Positions 35,715 to 47,568 of a stretch of DNA of 64,000 bases are shown here, in pieces. The number at the start of each line of letters is the position of its first letter. Within the stretch, counting starts at the first letter, position 1. The position numbers and the translations under genes are program-made. Source of the stretch: Amphiscolops sp. MND2022 (taxonomy: Eukaryota). The stretch covers positions 25,606,001 through 25,670,000 of the forward strand of contig OZ076412.1 of the NCBI GenBank assembly GCA_964187785.1, in the 5' to 3' direction. The notes under the pieces were generated by a model. That model was not told where the DNA came from. It saw only the letters and a program-made list of their open reading frames with translations, and ran no database searches.

Positions 35715-36240
35715 AGAGGAAGCGAAATCAAAGTATATAGGTTAGTGATCAGAAAATAGAACAAGGCTAATTGACAGGGCTAAACATTGACTATCACAGA
35801 ACACAAGGTCAAGATTGTTTTGATTTTTATGTGTAGGCTCATGAACCATCTGAACTAGGTCTTTTTCAAGAATAAAGTCAAGGAAATAACGTTCCATTGA
35901 AGAAGTAGAAGAATAGGATTTCCAGTCGACATTTGGGAAGTTGAAATCACCAAGAATGTAGACATTATGGGTACCAGTGTAGCCGAATTGCAGCAAAATA
36001 TCAACAAATTTTTTGTAATAGGCTTCCATACATCGGACTAATTCTGAAATAACCACAGAATATTTAGAAGAGTAGTAGGGAGGATTGTATACCAATATAA
36101 AGAACGAGGGAACATCACTGAGAATTACACAAGCAATGGCGAAACCGAATTCCTCAATAGTAATATCAATATACAGTAAGGGAGAATCATTGACGATTAC
36201 AAGTAGAAACAGCTTTAGTTGTCAATGTTAAACTGTCACA

Positions 36241-36288
36241 ATATGTTTACAAACGTTTTCGACTATGAAAAGTCATCATCAGGCATAA
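36241..36288 (-). ncRNA. Minimal type I hammerhead ribozyme-like motif
   Basis: CUGAUGA-U-GACU[UUUCAU]AGUC-GAAA followed by palindromic AACGUU. Confidence 0.7.
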
Positions 36289-36395
36289 TAATCTGAAAAT
36301 ATAAACAACATGAAAGCACCAAACTAAATGGAGATTTATAAATTTGATAGAACGTAAAAAATGCAATGCGTAGACGTTATAAATCAATTGAACTG

Positions 36396-38898
36396 CTAGA
36401 ACTTCAACGTCAACTGCCTTCTGCGATACTCGTCGCGCTGGTTGAGGGCTGGACGGAACTTCTGAATATATAGCGCTTCAAGAGTCAATAATTTGGAGTC
36501 GGAACGGGCAAAATCAAGAATCTGAGGTTCAGGAAAAGCGGTATTTGGAGAACATTGTGATAAATGTTGGGTTACTGGTGCAGACGATCTCTGATGCTCG
36601 TACATTCTTGTCGATAGATGACGGACAGTTTGTCCGACATAGCTGGCATTACAGCCAGGACAAATTAACTGATACACGACAGAACTACGAAGCATTTTTG
36701 AGAAACTCGACTTCAATGAAGGCAATAACGACTTCAGCTTCCTGGTGGTGAACACTACCTTCACAGGAACAAATGATTCAAGCTTCCGTTTGAAATCATC
36801 AGAGATGCGACCACGATATTGAGTTGAAAACCACAACTTACGTTCTTCGGTTGTATTTTTGGGGCTGTTCGTAACCTCGAGTACAATTTTATCCACCGTG
36901 TCTTTCAAAATGGGGTTGTAAAAACCTTTCGGGTACTGGTTAGCCGTCCAAATCGCTTTGGATGCCTCTATACCTTCATGAAAGTTGTTCCAATTCGATG
37001 TTGCGTTGAAAACACGATGTACATGTCCACTAATGATATTTCTCTTATACCTCATAGGGGCAAGTGCACGAAACGAGAGGGTTGTTCCAGTGTCTGTAGG
37101 TTTTCTATACCACCTTGTTGAAAGTCTGTTACCACTCTGCGACACCACCATATCCAGAAAAGGTATTTCATGATTGAGCGATCTTTCTATCGTGAACTTG
37201 AGGTTCACATGCATTTGGTTGAAATAACCTAGTAAACTGTCAACTTCCGTACTTCGAACTGTTCGGATAATGTCGTCTACATAACGTGCGAAGAGTTTGC
37301 ACCCACTTTTATGATTGAGACAGATGTTGCAACACCATGGATCTTCCTCAGAAAGTGCCCTAAACTCATTCAACGATAAACTGGAGCATTTGCGGTGAAA
37401 CCAGAGGTCACAACTGTCACATTGGATGGAATAACCTCTATAAGTAACTGTTTTATTGCAGATACCACACAAGCAATTAGCATGTTTCGCCATAGTACCC
37501 TGGTCACATTTTAGTCTATTTTCAAAATTTTTCAACCATAAGTTAGCAAGAATAACAGAAAGTGATGCCCCCATGGCCACACCATCTTTCTGGACGAACC
37601 ATTTCCCATCCACCATGAACTTCACGTTTTCACGGCTAATTTCATTAGCTCGTGGAAGGTGTTCTGAGGCATTTTAGGTCTGTGTTCAGATGCATACAGC
37701 TTAGCAAGAGCAAAATCGATAGCTTCGTCAATAGGGACATTCGTATAGAGGCTTTTCACATCAAATGACACAATTTTCTCGTCATCAGATAATACGACAG
37801 TCTCAAGTAGGTGTTTTACTTTCATTGTAGATGTTTCTATGCTGGCGCCAGGTAAATTAACAAAGAAATCCGAGATAAACTGGTTGATGTTAGCGTAACA
37901 AGACCCCGGAAGGGACAATACTGGCCTTAAGGGTATACCATCTTTATGCACTTTTGCTAATCCATACAGACGAGCCGGTTGACTACCAGAACTACGTAAC
38001 TTGTTGTAAACACTCGAACCTAACTGGCCGTGTTTCTTGAGGTATTCCAGTTTCTTGTTAAAGGCGTCCTCCGTTCTCTGTAAAAGATGTTTTTTGCCAC
38101 TTATATCAGTTACCTCCGAAAACTGCTCACCGGTTGTTACATCATTGAGTTTATCAGAATACTGTTGTTTTGTCATTATACAAAAACCGCAACCTTTGTC
38201 AAAAGGAACAGCCATCAGGTCATATTCTTTAAGGAATTTGCAAGTTTTCAAATACGATCTATCCGGTCGTTGGGTGCTAGCTTTCCGAATGTATGACACC
38301 GATAACGCATTGAGGTTGTTAATTGTGCCACTAGTATTTTGAGGGCTATGTTTCACCTGACACATCAATCTGTCCATATCAGCGAGAAAGGACATTTCGT
38401 TGAATTTGTCCAAAACAGGGTGTTTCGGACCACGCGATAGGACATCAAGCACGTAGTTGGGCGGTTTCACATCTGCTAAGACAACTACGTTATCAGATCG
38501 CTCAGCCAACGGCTTGTCCTGATCAACAGCCAGTTTTTTCAATTTTGCACGGTGTTTGTTTCTCAGCAACTTAAAGTTTAGTTTCAAACTTTGTCGTATA
38601 TAGAACGATACAGATACCAAAAGCTTATCCGAAAAAGCAGACGATACTCCTTGTCGGGCACAGCTAAGTTTTTCTTCGGTCTGGTTTCGGGCCAGACGTG
38701 CCTTTGCCAACTCGCTTCTCAGCAATTTTTCTGGAAATCATGAACAATCGTAGGCTCAAAACACCCATTTTCAGGTACGCGGAACTTCAGGAACTTAGGG
38801 ATGATGTCATTTTTTAGACACTCCGATAGAAAGTTAATCCGTGCAACATTGTTAGAGTATTTCGCTACAGCACTTTTGTACCGCGAGAATAAATCCAT
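36396..38898 (-). CDS. PLE RT - GIY-YIG protein with PHD insertion (two 1-nt frameshifts in A-runs)
   Basis: FDVKSLYTNVP, QKDGVAMG, YVDD, IPFLD, WYRKPT, VVYQLICPGCNASYVGQT. PHD at 37320-37469. Confidence 0.9.
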
Positions 38899-38998
38899 TT
38901 CTGTTTTGTACGAATAAGTTTTTCGAATATACAGTAAGGGAGAATCATTGACGATTACAAGTAGAAACAGCTTTAGTTGTCAATGTTAAACTGTCACA

Positions 38999-39046
38999 AT
39001 ATGTTTACAAACGTTTTCGACTATGAAAAGTCATCATCAGGCATAA
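38999..39046 (-). ncRNA. Minimal type I hammerhead ribozyme-like motif (second copy)
   Basis: Identical motif in the pseudo-LTR. Confidence 0.7.
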
Positions 39047-40989
39047 TAATCTGAAAATATAAACAACATGAAAGCACCAAACTAAATGGAGATTTATAAA
39101 TTTGATAGAACGTAAAAAATGCAATGCGTAGACGTTATAAATCAATTGAACTGCTAGAACTTCAACGTCAACTGCCTTCTGCGATACTCGTCGCGCTGGT
39201 TGAGGGCTGGACGGAACTTCTGAATATATAGCGCTTCAAGAGTCAATAATTTGGAGTCGGAACGGGCAAAATCAAGAATCTGAGGTTCAGGAAAAGCGGT
39301 ATTTGGAGAACATTGTGATAAATGTTGGGTTACTGGTGCAGACGATCTCTGATGCTCGTACATTCTTGTCGATAGATGACGGACAGTTTGTCCGACATAG
39401 CTGGCATTACAGCCAGGACAAATTAACTGATACACGACAGAACTACGAAGCATTTTTGAGAAACTCGACTTCAATGAAGGCAATAACGACTTCAGCTTCC
39501 TGGTGGTGAACACTACCTTCACAGGAACAAATGATTCAAGCTTCCGTTTGAAATCATCAGAGATGCGACCACGATATTGAGTAATATCAATACCGTTGAT
39601 TACAATTGAGTAATATCAATTCAGTAATATCAATTGCACGAATTGGAATGTTGGACGAATGGGCAAATAGTAAGCCACCATGTTCACCGCGACTTCTATC
39701 AGTGCGCGCAATAGTACGATAAGAGGAACCAATGAAAACTTCTGAGTCAGTAATTTCATCATGAAGCCATGTTTCCGTAAGAAAAACCAAAGCAACAGAT
39801 TTAGAATTGCACAGATGGACTGAAGTCATACGCTTTTCCATTGGACATATTGATTGACAATTCACCAGCATATTTTAGGAGCACAGCCTCAAGGACAAAA
39901 GCTTCACTCACCTTGTAAACTCCACGCCTTACAATTGAACATGTCGTGATTTTGTCAATTCGATCTACGTAATTCCCATATTTCCGTGCCAAAAGTTGTT
40001 TTAGTCCTATTTCAAGTAGTCCTATTTCCATTAGTTCTAAGGCGGCACTAAAAAATAATTAGTTCTATTTCCATTAGTCCTATTTCAGTTTTGATCATTA
40101 GTCCTATTTCATTAGTCCGAATTCCTGTCTCCCTTAGAAAGTAAGTTGAGTAAATTCAAAAAGTTCCTTGATGACGATACTCGGACAGAATACAACAAGC
40201 ACGAAATAGATGAATTCATAGAACAAAGTTGGATAAAGAGATGGAAGAACATCCAAAACAAAGGCCTCTTGCAACATCTCCCTAACACGCAACCACAGTT
40301 AAACACCTGTTGTCCGTTAACTATTGGAGACTCTTATGTTGTCAATAAAATCTGCGAATTAGTAATTGGGAATTCCTTTGCTTTTGCCGAATATGCCTGG
40401 AACATGTGGAAGTGTGAATCACCAATGTGCATATGTGGAAAGTAAGAAGACAATCCCTATCACTATTTCTTCTGCTGTCCGCACTATAACGAGATACGCC
40501 CAGATATACAGAGCCTAAATTTAATGGAAGCGAATGATTGTCAAAAACTCCGAGATTTCATAATTAATACAAATAAACTGAACTTATAGACTTTATAGAC
40601 TATTGACCTATCATTAACATCCTCCCGCAAATAGGGGTTTTTGTAGAAATTATATATATATATATATTTTTTTTTGGGTGCATCTTATTCTAGTTATGTT
40701 ATGATGAACATAATTCAAGTCTTCTCTGTCTGTCTTTCTGTTTGTCTGAAATCTCTCTGAGTGCTTACCCAATCGTTTAGTTTACCTGGACTTCACTGAA
40801 ACTGTTCAATAAGCCCGAATCGTATAGCGATTATTTGTTATGTAAAACAATTCTTCGCGGTTGATGTTTCATGTTGAACAGGAATCCATTCTTAGGAAGC
40901 TTGAGGATTGGTTACCCGAGGAATTGGAGGAATGTAGGCGAAAATCTTTCCTGCACTTGGAGACTTGGCTGTGAATGTTAGAAACAACT

Positions 40990-41340
40990 ACAGGAATAAG
41001 TAGACCTGCCTTTTTGTTGTTGTAATAGAGGGGTGATATCTGACCAACTGGCAAAGAAAGTACGGTCCGCGGCAGGGGTTGCTGTGATTTTCAAAACTAA
41101 GAAAGAACCTGTTTACCATCCCTGTAGGACAATGTCGATCATCAAAAGTCGCGTTGTGTACCCAGTTGACTGTACGAGCTGCAAGGACAGCCATGTCGGC
41201 TAAATTACTCAGCCTAGAGGCGTTATACATTGAGACATTACATCCTGAACTCAATTCCAGGGAGGAGTACCGGCAGCTTTTTTTGTTGCTTCTGTATTTT
41301 CAGAATCTGATGGTGGCATTTTGCTGGAATCGTTTGTCAA
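40990..41340 (+). mobile_element. Old PLE remnant (GIY-YIG end, decayed hammerhead)
   Basis: YRGVISDQLAKKV, SRVVY, LLSLEALYIETLHPELNSREEYR; CTGATGGTGGCATTTTGCTGGAATCGTT at ~41307-41335. Confidence 0.65.
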
Positions 41341-41571
41341 TAAAATATTGATAAATCACTTCCCAATAATTATAATGTTAACGAACGCATTAGCTTGAAC
41401 GACTCAAAGAAAACCCTACATGACTTGAAAAATTGGCTACTGGTAGTCCAAGGCAACGCCCGACTATTGCTCAGTCTTATCATTTTACCAATTTTTGATT
41501 ATTTGGTGATTGCTTAGTTTCATTAACTATTTTTCAGATCACATCTATTTGCCGGATACACACATTAGATT

Positions 41572-41840
41572 ATGGAGCCAAACAAAACTGACCAGACGAG
41601 TGCTTTGCACTCTAATAATTCATCTTCCAAAACAGAAATTTTATCTATCAAGACAAGCTGTCCCATTGCAAGCGTGTCAGCACAATCTTTGAAATCGGCC
41701 AACAATGACGTTCTATTCTGTTGTGGAACCTTTGAAGAATCCAATAAGAACAAATTGTATTTCTCAAAATTCAATGGTGATGCTGGGACATTGAAAGCGG
41801 CCATTGCAGTGGATCATTACCTGCCCCCCTCGAAATTAAT
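41572..41840 (+). CDS. DCAF7: DCAF7/WDR68-like WD40 gene, coding exon 1
   Basis: GTFEESNKNKL and DHYLPPSKL match DCAF7 GSFVEEYNNKV and DHPYPTTKL. Donor AT|GTTAGT, phase 2. Confidence 0.75.
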
Positions 41841-44800
41841 GTTAGTTTTGGTTTTGCAAAAACAGTTCAAGCGGCTTAATATCAGAATCATTAAATCTTA
41901 TCGGACCCCTTTAATACAATTTTTCCGCAGTCAAGTTGTATAGTCAACAAGCCGGGAACGGCCCGAGTCGGCGCAATATCTAAGGTTCAAAAATAGCAAA
42001 AGGACTTCAAAGTGTCAAAGTATTCTCTTCTACAGCACCCGAAAAATCCAAAAGTTGGACCGAATTGGTGAACCAGGGGGACACTTTTAGATTTTTCATC
42101 CATTCTGTCGCAAATCGTCAAAAAATTGAAGGGGGGAACCTTTTTGAAAAAAGTCACAATGCCGAAAAAAACTGAAAGGGACCCTTTAGTCTCGCCCGGT
42201 ATTGTATGAAAAAAGAAAAAACCTTTTTGGTTCAGTCCCCTGGGCCCACAGGTACAATATAAAATTTTTTAGAACGTTTGGTAGAACTATTTTGGTCACT
42301 TCAGTTGTATCGAAAAAAACACTGACGAAAAGCCATAACTATCGTCGACTCTTAAGCGCCGACTAAAAATGTTATAGGCTTCTCGCTGCTGCAGTTTCAT
42401 TCATTCATTGAGTCGTAAGTTTTTATCGGTTTTTTCGAAGTCATTTATCCTAGTACTGGAGTTTCGTGTGGATGTTTGGTTTCTGATTGGTCTTCGAGCC
42501 ACCTGTTCACAGAGTCTTCTTGAAAAGTTGAGGATTGTGAGGAACATGTATCGTCTAGCGGACCAGAAGATAGTTACGAAACAAAATTTTAAAAGCATTT
42601 CCAATCGATACTCAACCGGAAACCAGAACACAATCGAAGGAAAAATATCGTTTTACTTCCAAAAAGAGTTACTATTCAAAATGTACATGGGACGAAGATT
42701 CAATTTGCTACTATACTGAAGCGGAAGTTGCATGCAGTAGTCCTATTGTGCATGAGCTCGAATATGACGTGCGAGCTAGGAACTGTGGAGCCTCGAAGCT
42801 TTTTGATTGCTAAGATGGACTGAACAATTTTGTAAGAGGTTCAGACCTTTCTGACGGTCATTTTCGACACTTGTTTCATTTTAGGCATTTTTTTTCATTG
42901 AAAAACGTGACATTTTTCTATGCAGAAATATGCTGAGTACTAGTTTTTGTCGTTGAACTCAAAGATAATCCTAACCTAAAACATTCCTAACAAAAATGAC
43001 AGATGGTCAAAGAGTGGCAAATTTTTGCGTTTTTGGTTATTTTGCGGACATTTTTGATTTAGTTTTTTCTTCAATTCTGGCCAAGTCCTATGGCGTTATG
43101 CTGCCGGTTCGGGTAAAAGTAAATTCAAAAATTAGGTTCTTGTACTGAAGCTGAAAACGAAAAATATTTAGAAATATTTCCTGTTCTGAGCTTTGGTAGA
43201 GAAAATTTTTTTAATTAGTCACTTATCTGAATTTCTATGTCAAGTTTTTGTTTAAGTGGAAATGCCTTTGTTGCGCTTAAAACGTTTGGAAACCACCAAG
43301 CTAATGCCTTTGAGGAAACCATGTAATTCTTTAACTGTTTTCTCCCTCTCCAAGTATTTTGTCATAAATCAAACAGTTTCTCAGGTAAGGATCCCTGGAG
43401 ATGGTACTCCCTTCGTTGTTTCCTATGCATATTAATTGGCAATATTTTGAATTACTTTTTGAAGAAACTATCAATAATAATAAGCTACATGATCATTGTG
43501 GGAGTTTGATTCAGGCAAACCTACTTCGATGTCAAAGTTTCCAATCCGTCCGTAAAGGATTGTCCCAGAGTACTGAGACTCGTAAGAGCCACCAGAAGCA
43601 GCTAAGAGGCCTAAATTCTCGAAATGAAGAGTGCTACTTTTGTTCTGTTGACTCTCTGCTCTCTGACGGTGACCCAAATGTCAGCGGAACTAAATAAAGC
43701 CTCCGATGACGTCAAGATTTATATGAGCATGAAAATCAGCATCGCGCTTCGTTGAAGTATAGTAGCTCAGCATCAAATCATCAAAATTCCGGAAAAGATG
43801 CTAGAATAATGGCTTCTTTTAATGGATTAATAGTAGCCGATTCTTTTATGTTTTTTTTTCACGGATAAGAGGCCATTGTTACTATGTAAGACTTTTCATA
43901 TTCGAATATGGAAACTCAGCTTCGAATACGTGATGTCCAAGTTCGAGGCATGTAGATAGTATCAAGTTCGGGTTTGGATGCTTTTCAAAAATTCTTCACA
44001 CGCTGGATTGTTGCGAAAATATCAGACCTGTCTTTTCCCAGTTTTCAAATCGTGAAATAGCTTATAGGTTTCAATTACATAGTTAATTCTCAGTTGCTTT
44101 TAATCGAGCAACAAAGCTTCCAGTTCAAAATTGGGATGTGTTCGATAGCACTCAATCAGTTGGTTTTCTATTTTTTTTTTGTTTTTATCTACTGAAAATT
44201 TTATTTGTCTGTTTTTCTATTTTTTATCTACCCTCGAAATTAATGTTAGTTTTGGTTTTGCAAAAACAGTTCAAGCGGCTTAATATCAGAATCATTAAAT
44301 CTTATCGGACCCCTTTAATACAATTTTTCCGCAGTCAAGTTGTATAGTCAACAAGCCGGGAACGGCCCGAGTCGGCGCAATATCTAAGGTTCAAAAATAG
44401 CAAAAGGACTTCAAAGTGTCAAAGTATTCTCTTCTACAGCACCCGAAAAATCCAAAAGTTGGACCGAATTGGTGAACCAGGGGGACACTTTTAGATTTTT
44501 CATCCATTCTGTCGCAAATCGTCAAAAAATTGAAGGGGGGAACCTTTTTGAAAAAAGTCACAATGCCGAAAAAAACTGAAAGGGACCCTTTAGTCTCGCC
44601 CGGTATTGTATGAAAAAAGAAAAAACCTTTTTGGTTCAGTCCCCTGGGCCCACAGGTACAATATAAAATTTTTTAGAACGTTTGGTAGAACTATTTTGGT
44701 CACTTCAGTTGTATCGAAAAAAACACTGACGAAAAGCCATAACTATCGTCGACTCTTAAGCGCCGACTAAAAATGTTATAGGCTTCTCGCTGCTGCAGTT

Positions 44801-46600
44801 TCATTCATTCATTGAGTCGTAAGTTTTTATCGGTTTTTTCGAAGTCATTTATCCTAGTACTGGAGTTTCGTGTGGATGTTTGGTTTCTGATTGGTCTTCG
44901 AGCCACCTGTTCACAGAGTCTTCTTGAAAAGTTGAGGATTGTGAGGAACATGTATCGTCTAGCGGACCAGAAGATAGTTACGAAACAAAATTTTAAAAGC
45001 ATTTCCAATCGATACTCAACCGGAAACCAGAACACAATCGAAGGAAAAATATCGTTTTACTTCCAAAAAGAGTTACTATTCAAAATGTACATGGGACGAA
45101 GATTCAATTTGCTACTATACTGAAGCGGAAGTTGCATGCAGTAGTCCTATTGTGCATGAGCTCGAATATGACGTGCGAGCTAGGAACTGTGGAGCCTCGA
45201 AGCTTTTTGATTGCTAAGATGGACTGAACAATTTTGTAAGAGGTTCAGACCTTTCTGACGGTCATTTTCGACACTTGTTTCATTTTAGGCATTTTTTTTC
45301 ATTGAAAAACGTGACATTTTTCTATGCAGAAATATGCTGAGTACTAGTTTTTGTCGTTGAACTCAAAGATAATCCTAACCTAAAACATTCCTAACAAAAA
45401 TGACAGATGGTCAAAGAGTGGCAAATTTTTGCGTTTTTGGTTATTTTGCGGACATTTTTGATTTAGTTTTTTCTTCAATTCTGGCCAAGTCCTATGGCGT
45501 TATGCTGCCGGTTCGGGTAAAAGTAAATTCAAAAATTAGGTTCTTGTACTGAAGCTGAAAACGAAAAATATTTAGAAATATTTCCTGTTCTGAGCTTTGG
45601 TAGAGAAAATTTTTTTAATTAGTCACTTATCTGAATTTCTATGTCAAGTTTTTGTTTAAGTGGAAATGCCTTTGTTGCGCTTAAAACGTTTGGAAACCAC
45701 CAAGCTAATGCCTTTGAGGAAACCATGTAATTCTTTAACTGTTTTCTCCCTCTCCAAGTATTTTGTCATAAATCAAACAGTTTCTCAGGTAAGGATCCCT
45801 GGAGATGGTACTCCCTTCGTTGTTTCCTATGCATATTAATTGGCAATATTTTGAATTACTTTTTGAAGAAACTATCAATAATAATAAGCTACATGATCAT
45901 TGTGGGAGTTTGATTCAGGCAAACCTACTTCGATGTCAAAGTTTCCAATCCGTCCGTAAAGGATTGTCCCAGAGTACTGAGACTCGTAAGAGCCACCAGA
46001 AGAAGCTAAGAGGCCTAAATTCTCGAAATGAAGAGTGCTACTTTTGTTCTGTTGGCTCTCTGCTCTCTGACGGTGACCCAAATGTCAGCGGAACTAAATA
46101 AAGCCTCCGATGACGTCAAGATTTATATGAGCATGAAAATCAGCATCGCGCTTCGTTGAAGTATAGTAGCTCAGCATCAAATCATCAAAATTCCGGAAAA
46201 GATGCTAGAATAATGGCTTCTTTTAATGGATTAATAGTAGCCGATTCTTTTATGTTTTTTTTCACGGATAAGAGGCCATTGTTACTATGTAAGACTTTTC
46301 ATATTCGAATATGGAAACTCAGCTTCGAATACGTGATGTCCAAGTTCGAGGCATGTAGATAGTATCAAGTTCGGGTTTGGATGCTTTTCAAAAATTCTTC
46401 ACACGCTGGATTGTTGCGAAAATATCAGACCTGTCTTTTCCCAGTTTTCAAATCGTGAAATAGCTTATAGGTTTCAATTACATAGTTAATTCTCAGTTGC
46501 TTTTAATCGAGCAACAAAGCTTCCAGTTCAAAATTGGGATGTGTTCGATAGCACTCAATCAGTTGGTTTTCTATTTTTTTTTGTTTTTATCTACTGAAAA
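41827..46600 (+). repeat. ~2.4-kb tandem duplication (41827-44198 and 44231-46600)
   Basis: Near-identical copies offset by 2404 bp, with a ~32-bp filler at the junction. Confidence 0.95.
41946..42369 (-). mobile_element. HINE/DINE-1-like (Helentron-associated) repeat; duplicate at 44350-44773
   Basis: Subterminal inverted AGTCGGCGC/GCGCCGACT, terminal hairpin GCCG-GGAA-CGGC, internal tandem subrepeats. Confidence 0.65.
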
Positions 46601-46629
46601 AAAAATCAGATATTTTCTTCGGCAGTGAC

Positions 46630-46820
46630 TATAAGCGTGAGAATTAAATTTCTCAAGCTGCCGACGACAATTCAATTCTCGTGCGATGAAGCGAGCGCGT
46701 GGTTTTTATGCTTTCGTACGCCGAATTAATGAGATGAAGCGAATGAGTGTTAATTATTCGTTCAGCAAGAGCTTCGCCTGCATTCAAATGCGAATGCGAA
46801 ACTTCGTATACGCTTAGTAG
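46630..46820. repeat. Possible Helitron-like short repeat
   Basis: CpG-rich GCTTCGC/GCGAA words in AT-rich surroundings; termini not established. Confidence 0.3.
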
Positions 46821-46977
46821 TTATATTTTCTTTAGTCCGATAAGAATTAGAGGCGGTGTAAATTAATTGTCCGCTAAATAATGAATAAACAGGAGTGTAT
46901 TGATATTCCAGATATGATTCTATTATTGAAAATGAAAGATTAAAATAGAAATGATAGTGTGCCCCGGAGTGCCCTAT

Positions 46978-47374
46978 TTTTAGTCGGTAGTAGTGACTTT
47001 TCTTTTTTTTAGTCGGCGCTTTTTCGTAAAAAAACGCAGACTATAGTAGTGACTTTTCTTTTTTTTGAGACCAACGAAGTGACAGATTTTTTAAGCTTTA
47101 TAAGCTGACTTGAACTAACACTAAATGCCACACTACTTCTACTGGCACTTGAGATAGATGTTAATTAGGCTTTTTTGAGGTCCCCTTCTACATTTTTCGG
47201 CACTATGCGACTTATCGGAGACCAGAAAAATTTTGAAAAAAAAACTTCAAAAAAATGGGCTTTCCAATTTTTCCTCATGCGGGTACTGTAGAAGAGAATA
47301 TTTGACACTATGAAGTCCTTTTGCTATTTTTTAGCCTCAGATATGGCGCCGACTTGGGCCGTTCCCGGCTTGTT
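46978..47374 (+). mobile_element. HINE-like repeat
   Basis: TTTTAGTCGGCGC..GGCGCCGACTTGGGCCGTTCCCGGCTTGTT. Confidence 0.65.
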
Positions 47375-47568
47375 CTAATGGTAGCTGTATTTCATGAGAC
47401 TCGAACTCCAATAGTATGTGAGCAAAAATGGTCTTGATATCGTCAATCCCTAAAACTGATCAACTGAAACAAGAAAAGTCAACTTTGAAACTAATCAAAG
47501 TTCCGAATTATAGTGTTTGCAGACAAATGAAAAACCCTTGAAAGTCTGATTACACTTGAGATAAGCAA

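Larger units (their letters stand above)
36168..39582 (-). mobile_element. Penelope-like retroelement with partial-tandem pseudo-LTR
   Basis: RT plus GIY-YIG ORF; 657-bp direct repeat at 36168-36824 and 38926-39582. Confidence 0.95.
33380..40000 (-). mobile_element. CR1/L2-like LINE interrupted by a Penelope-like element
   Basis: Endonuclease LTETWL, GGLL (39587-39871) rejoins IRAIDIT|IEEFGF, VYNPP, GDFNFP (35742-36170). Confidence 0.9.
32764..40133. mobile_element. Foldback MITE M7 (GAACTAA/TTAGTCC arms) with core A and nested LINE+PLE; 9-bp TSD
   Basis: TIR GGGGAAACGGAAATCGGACTAA / TTAGTCCGAATTCCTGTCTCCC; perfect TTAGAAAGT flanks (32755-32763, 40134-40142). Confidence 0.85.
28200..40660 (+). 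mobile_element. LINE (I/Jockey-group-like, PHD+CCHC ORF1) split by nested insertions
   Basis: ORF1 28200-29383; ORF2 from 29370 to ~31790, resuming at 32517-32763 and 40143-40590; (TA)n tail at ~40650. Confidence 0.9.

Noticed and set aside
36396-38898. Selenocysteine recoding as in Naiad-type PLEs
   Set aside because: No in-frame TGA at Cys positions; the TGA at 37622 results from a frameshift; no SECIS was recognised.
43401-43697. Short ORFs in the duplicated intron segment (both strands) as exons of a nested gene
   Set aside because: No recognisable domain or consistent splice partners.
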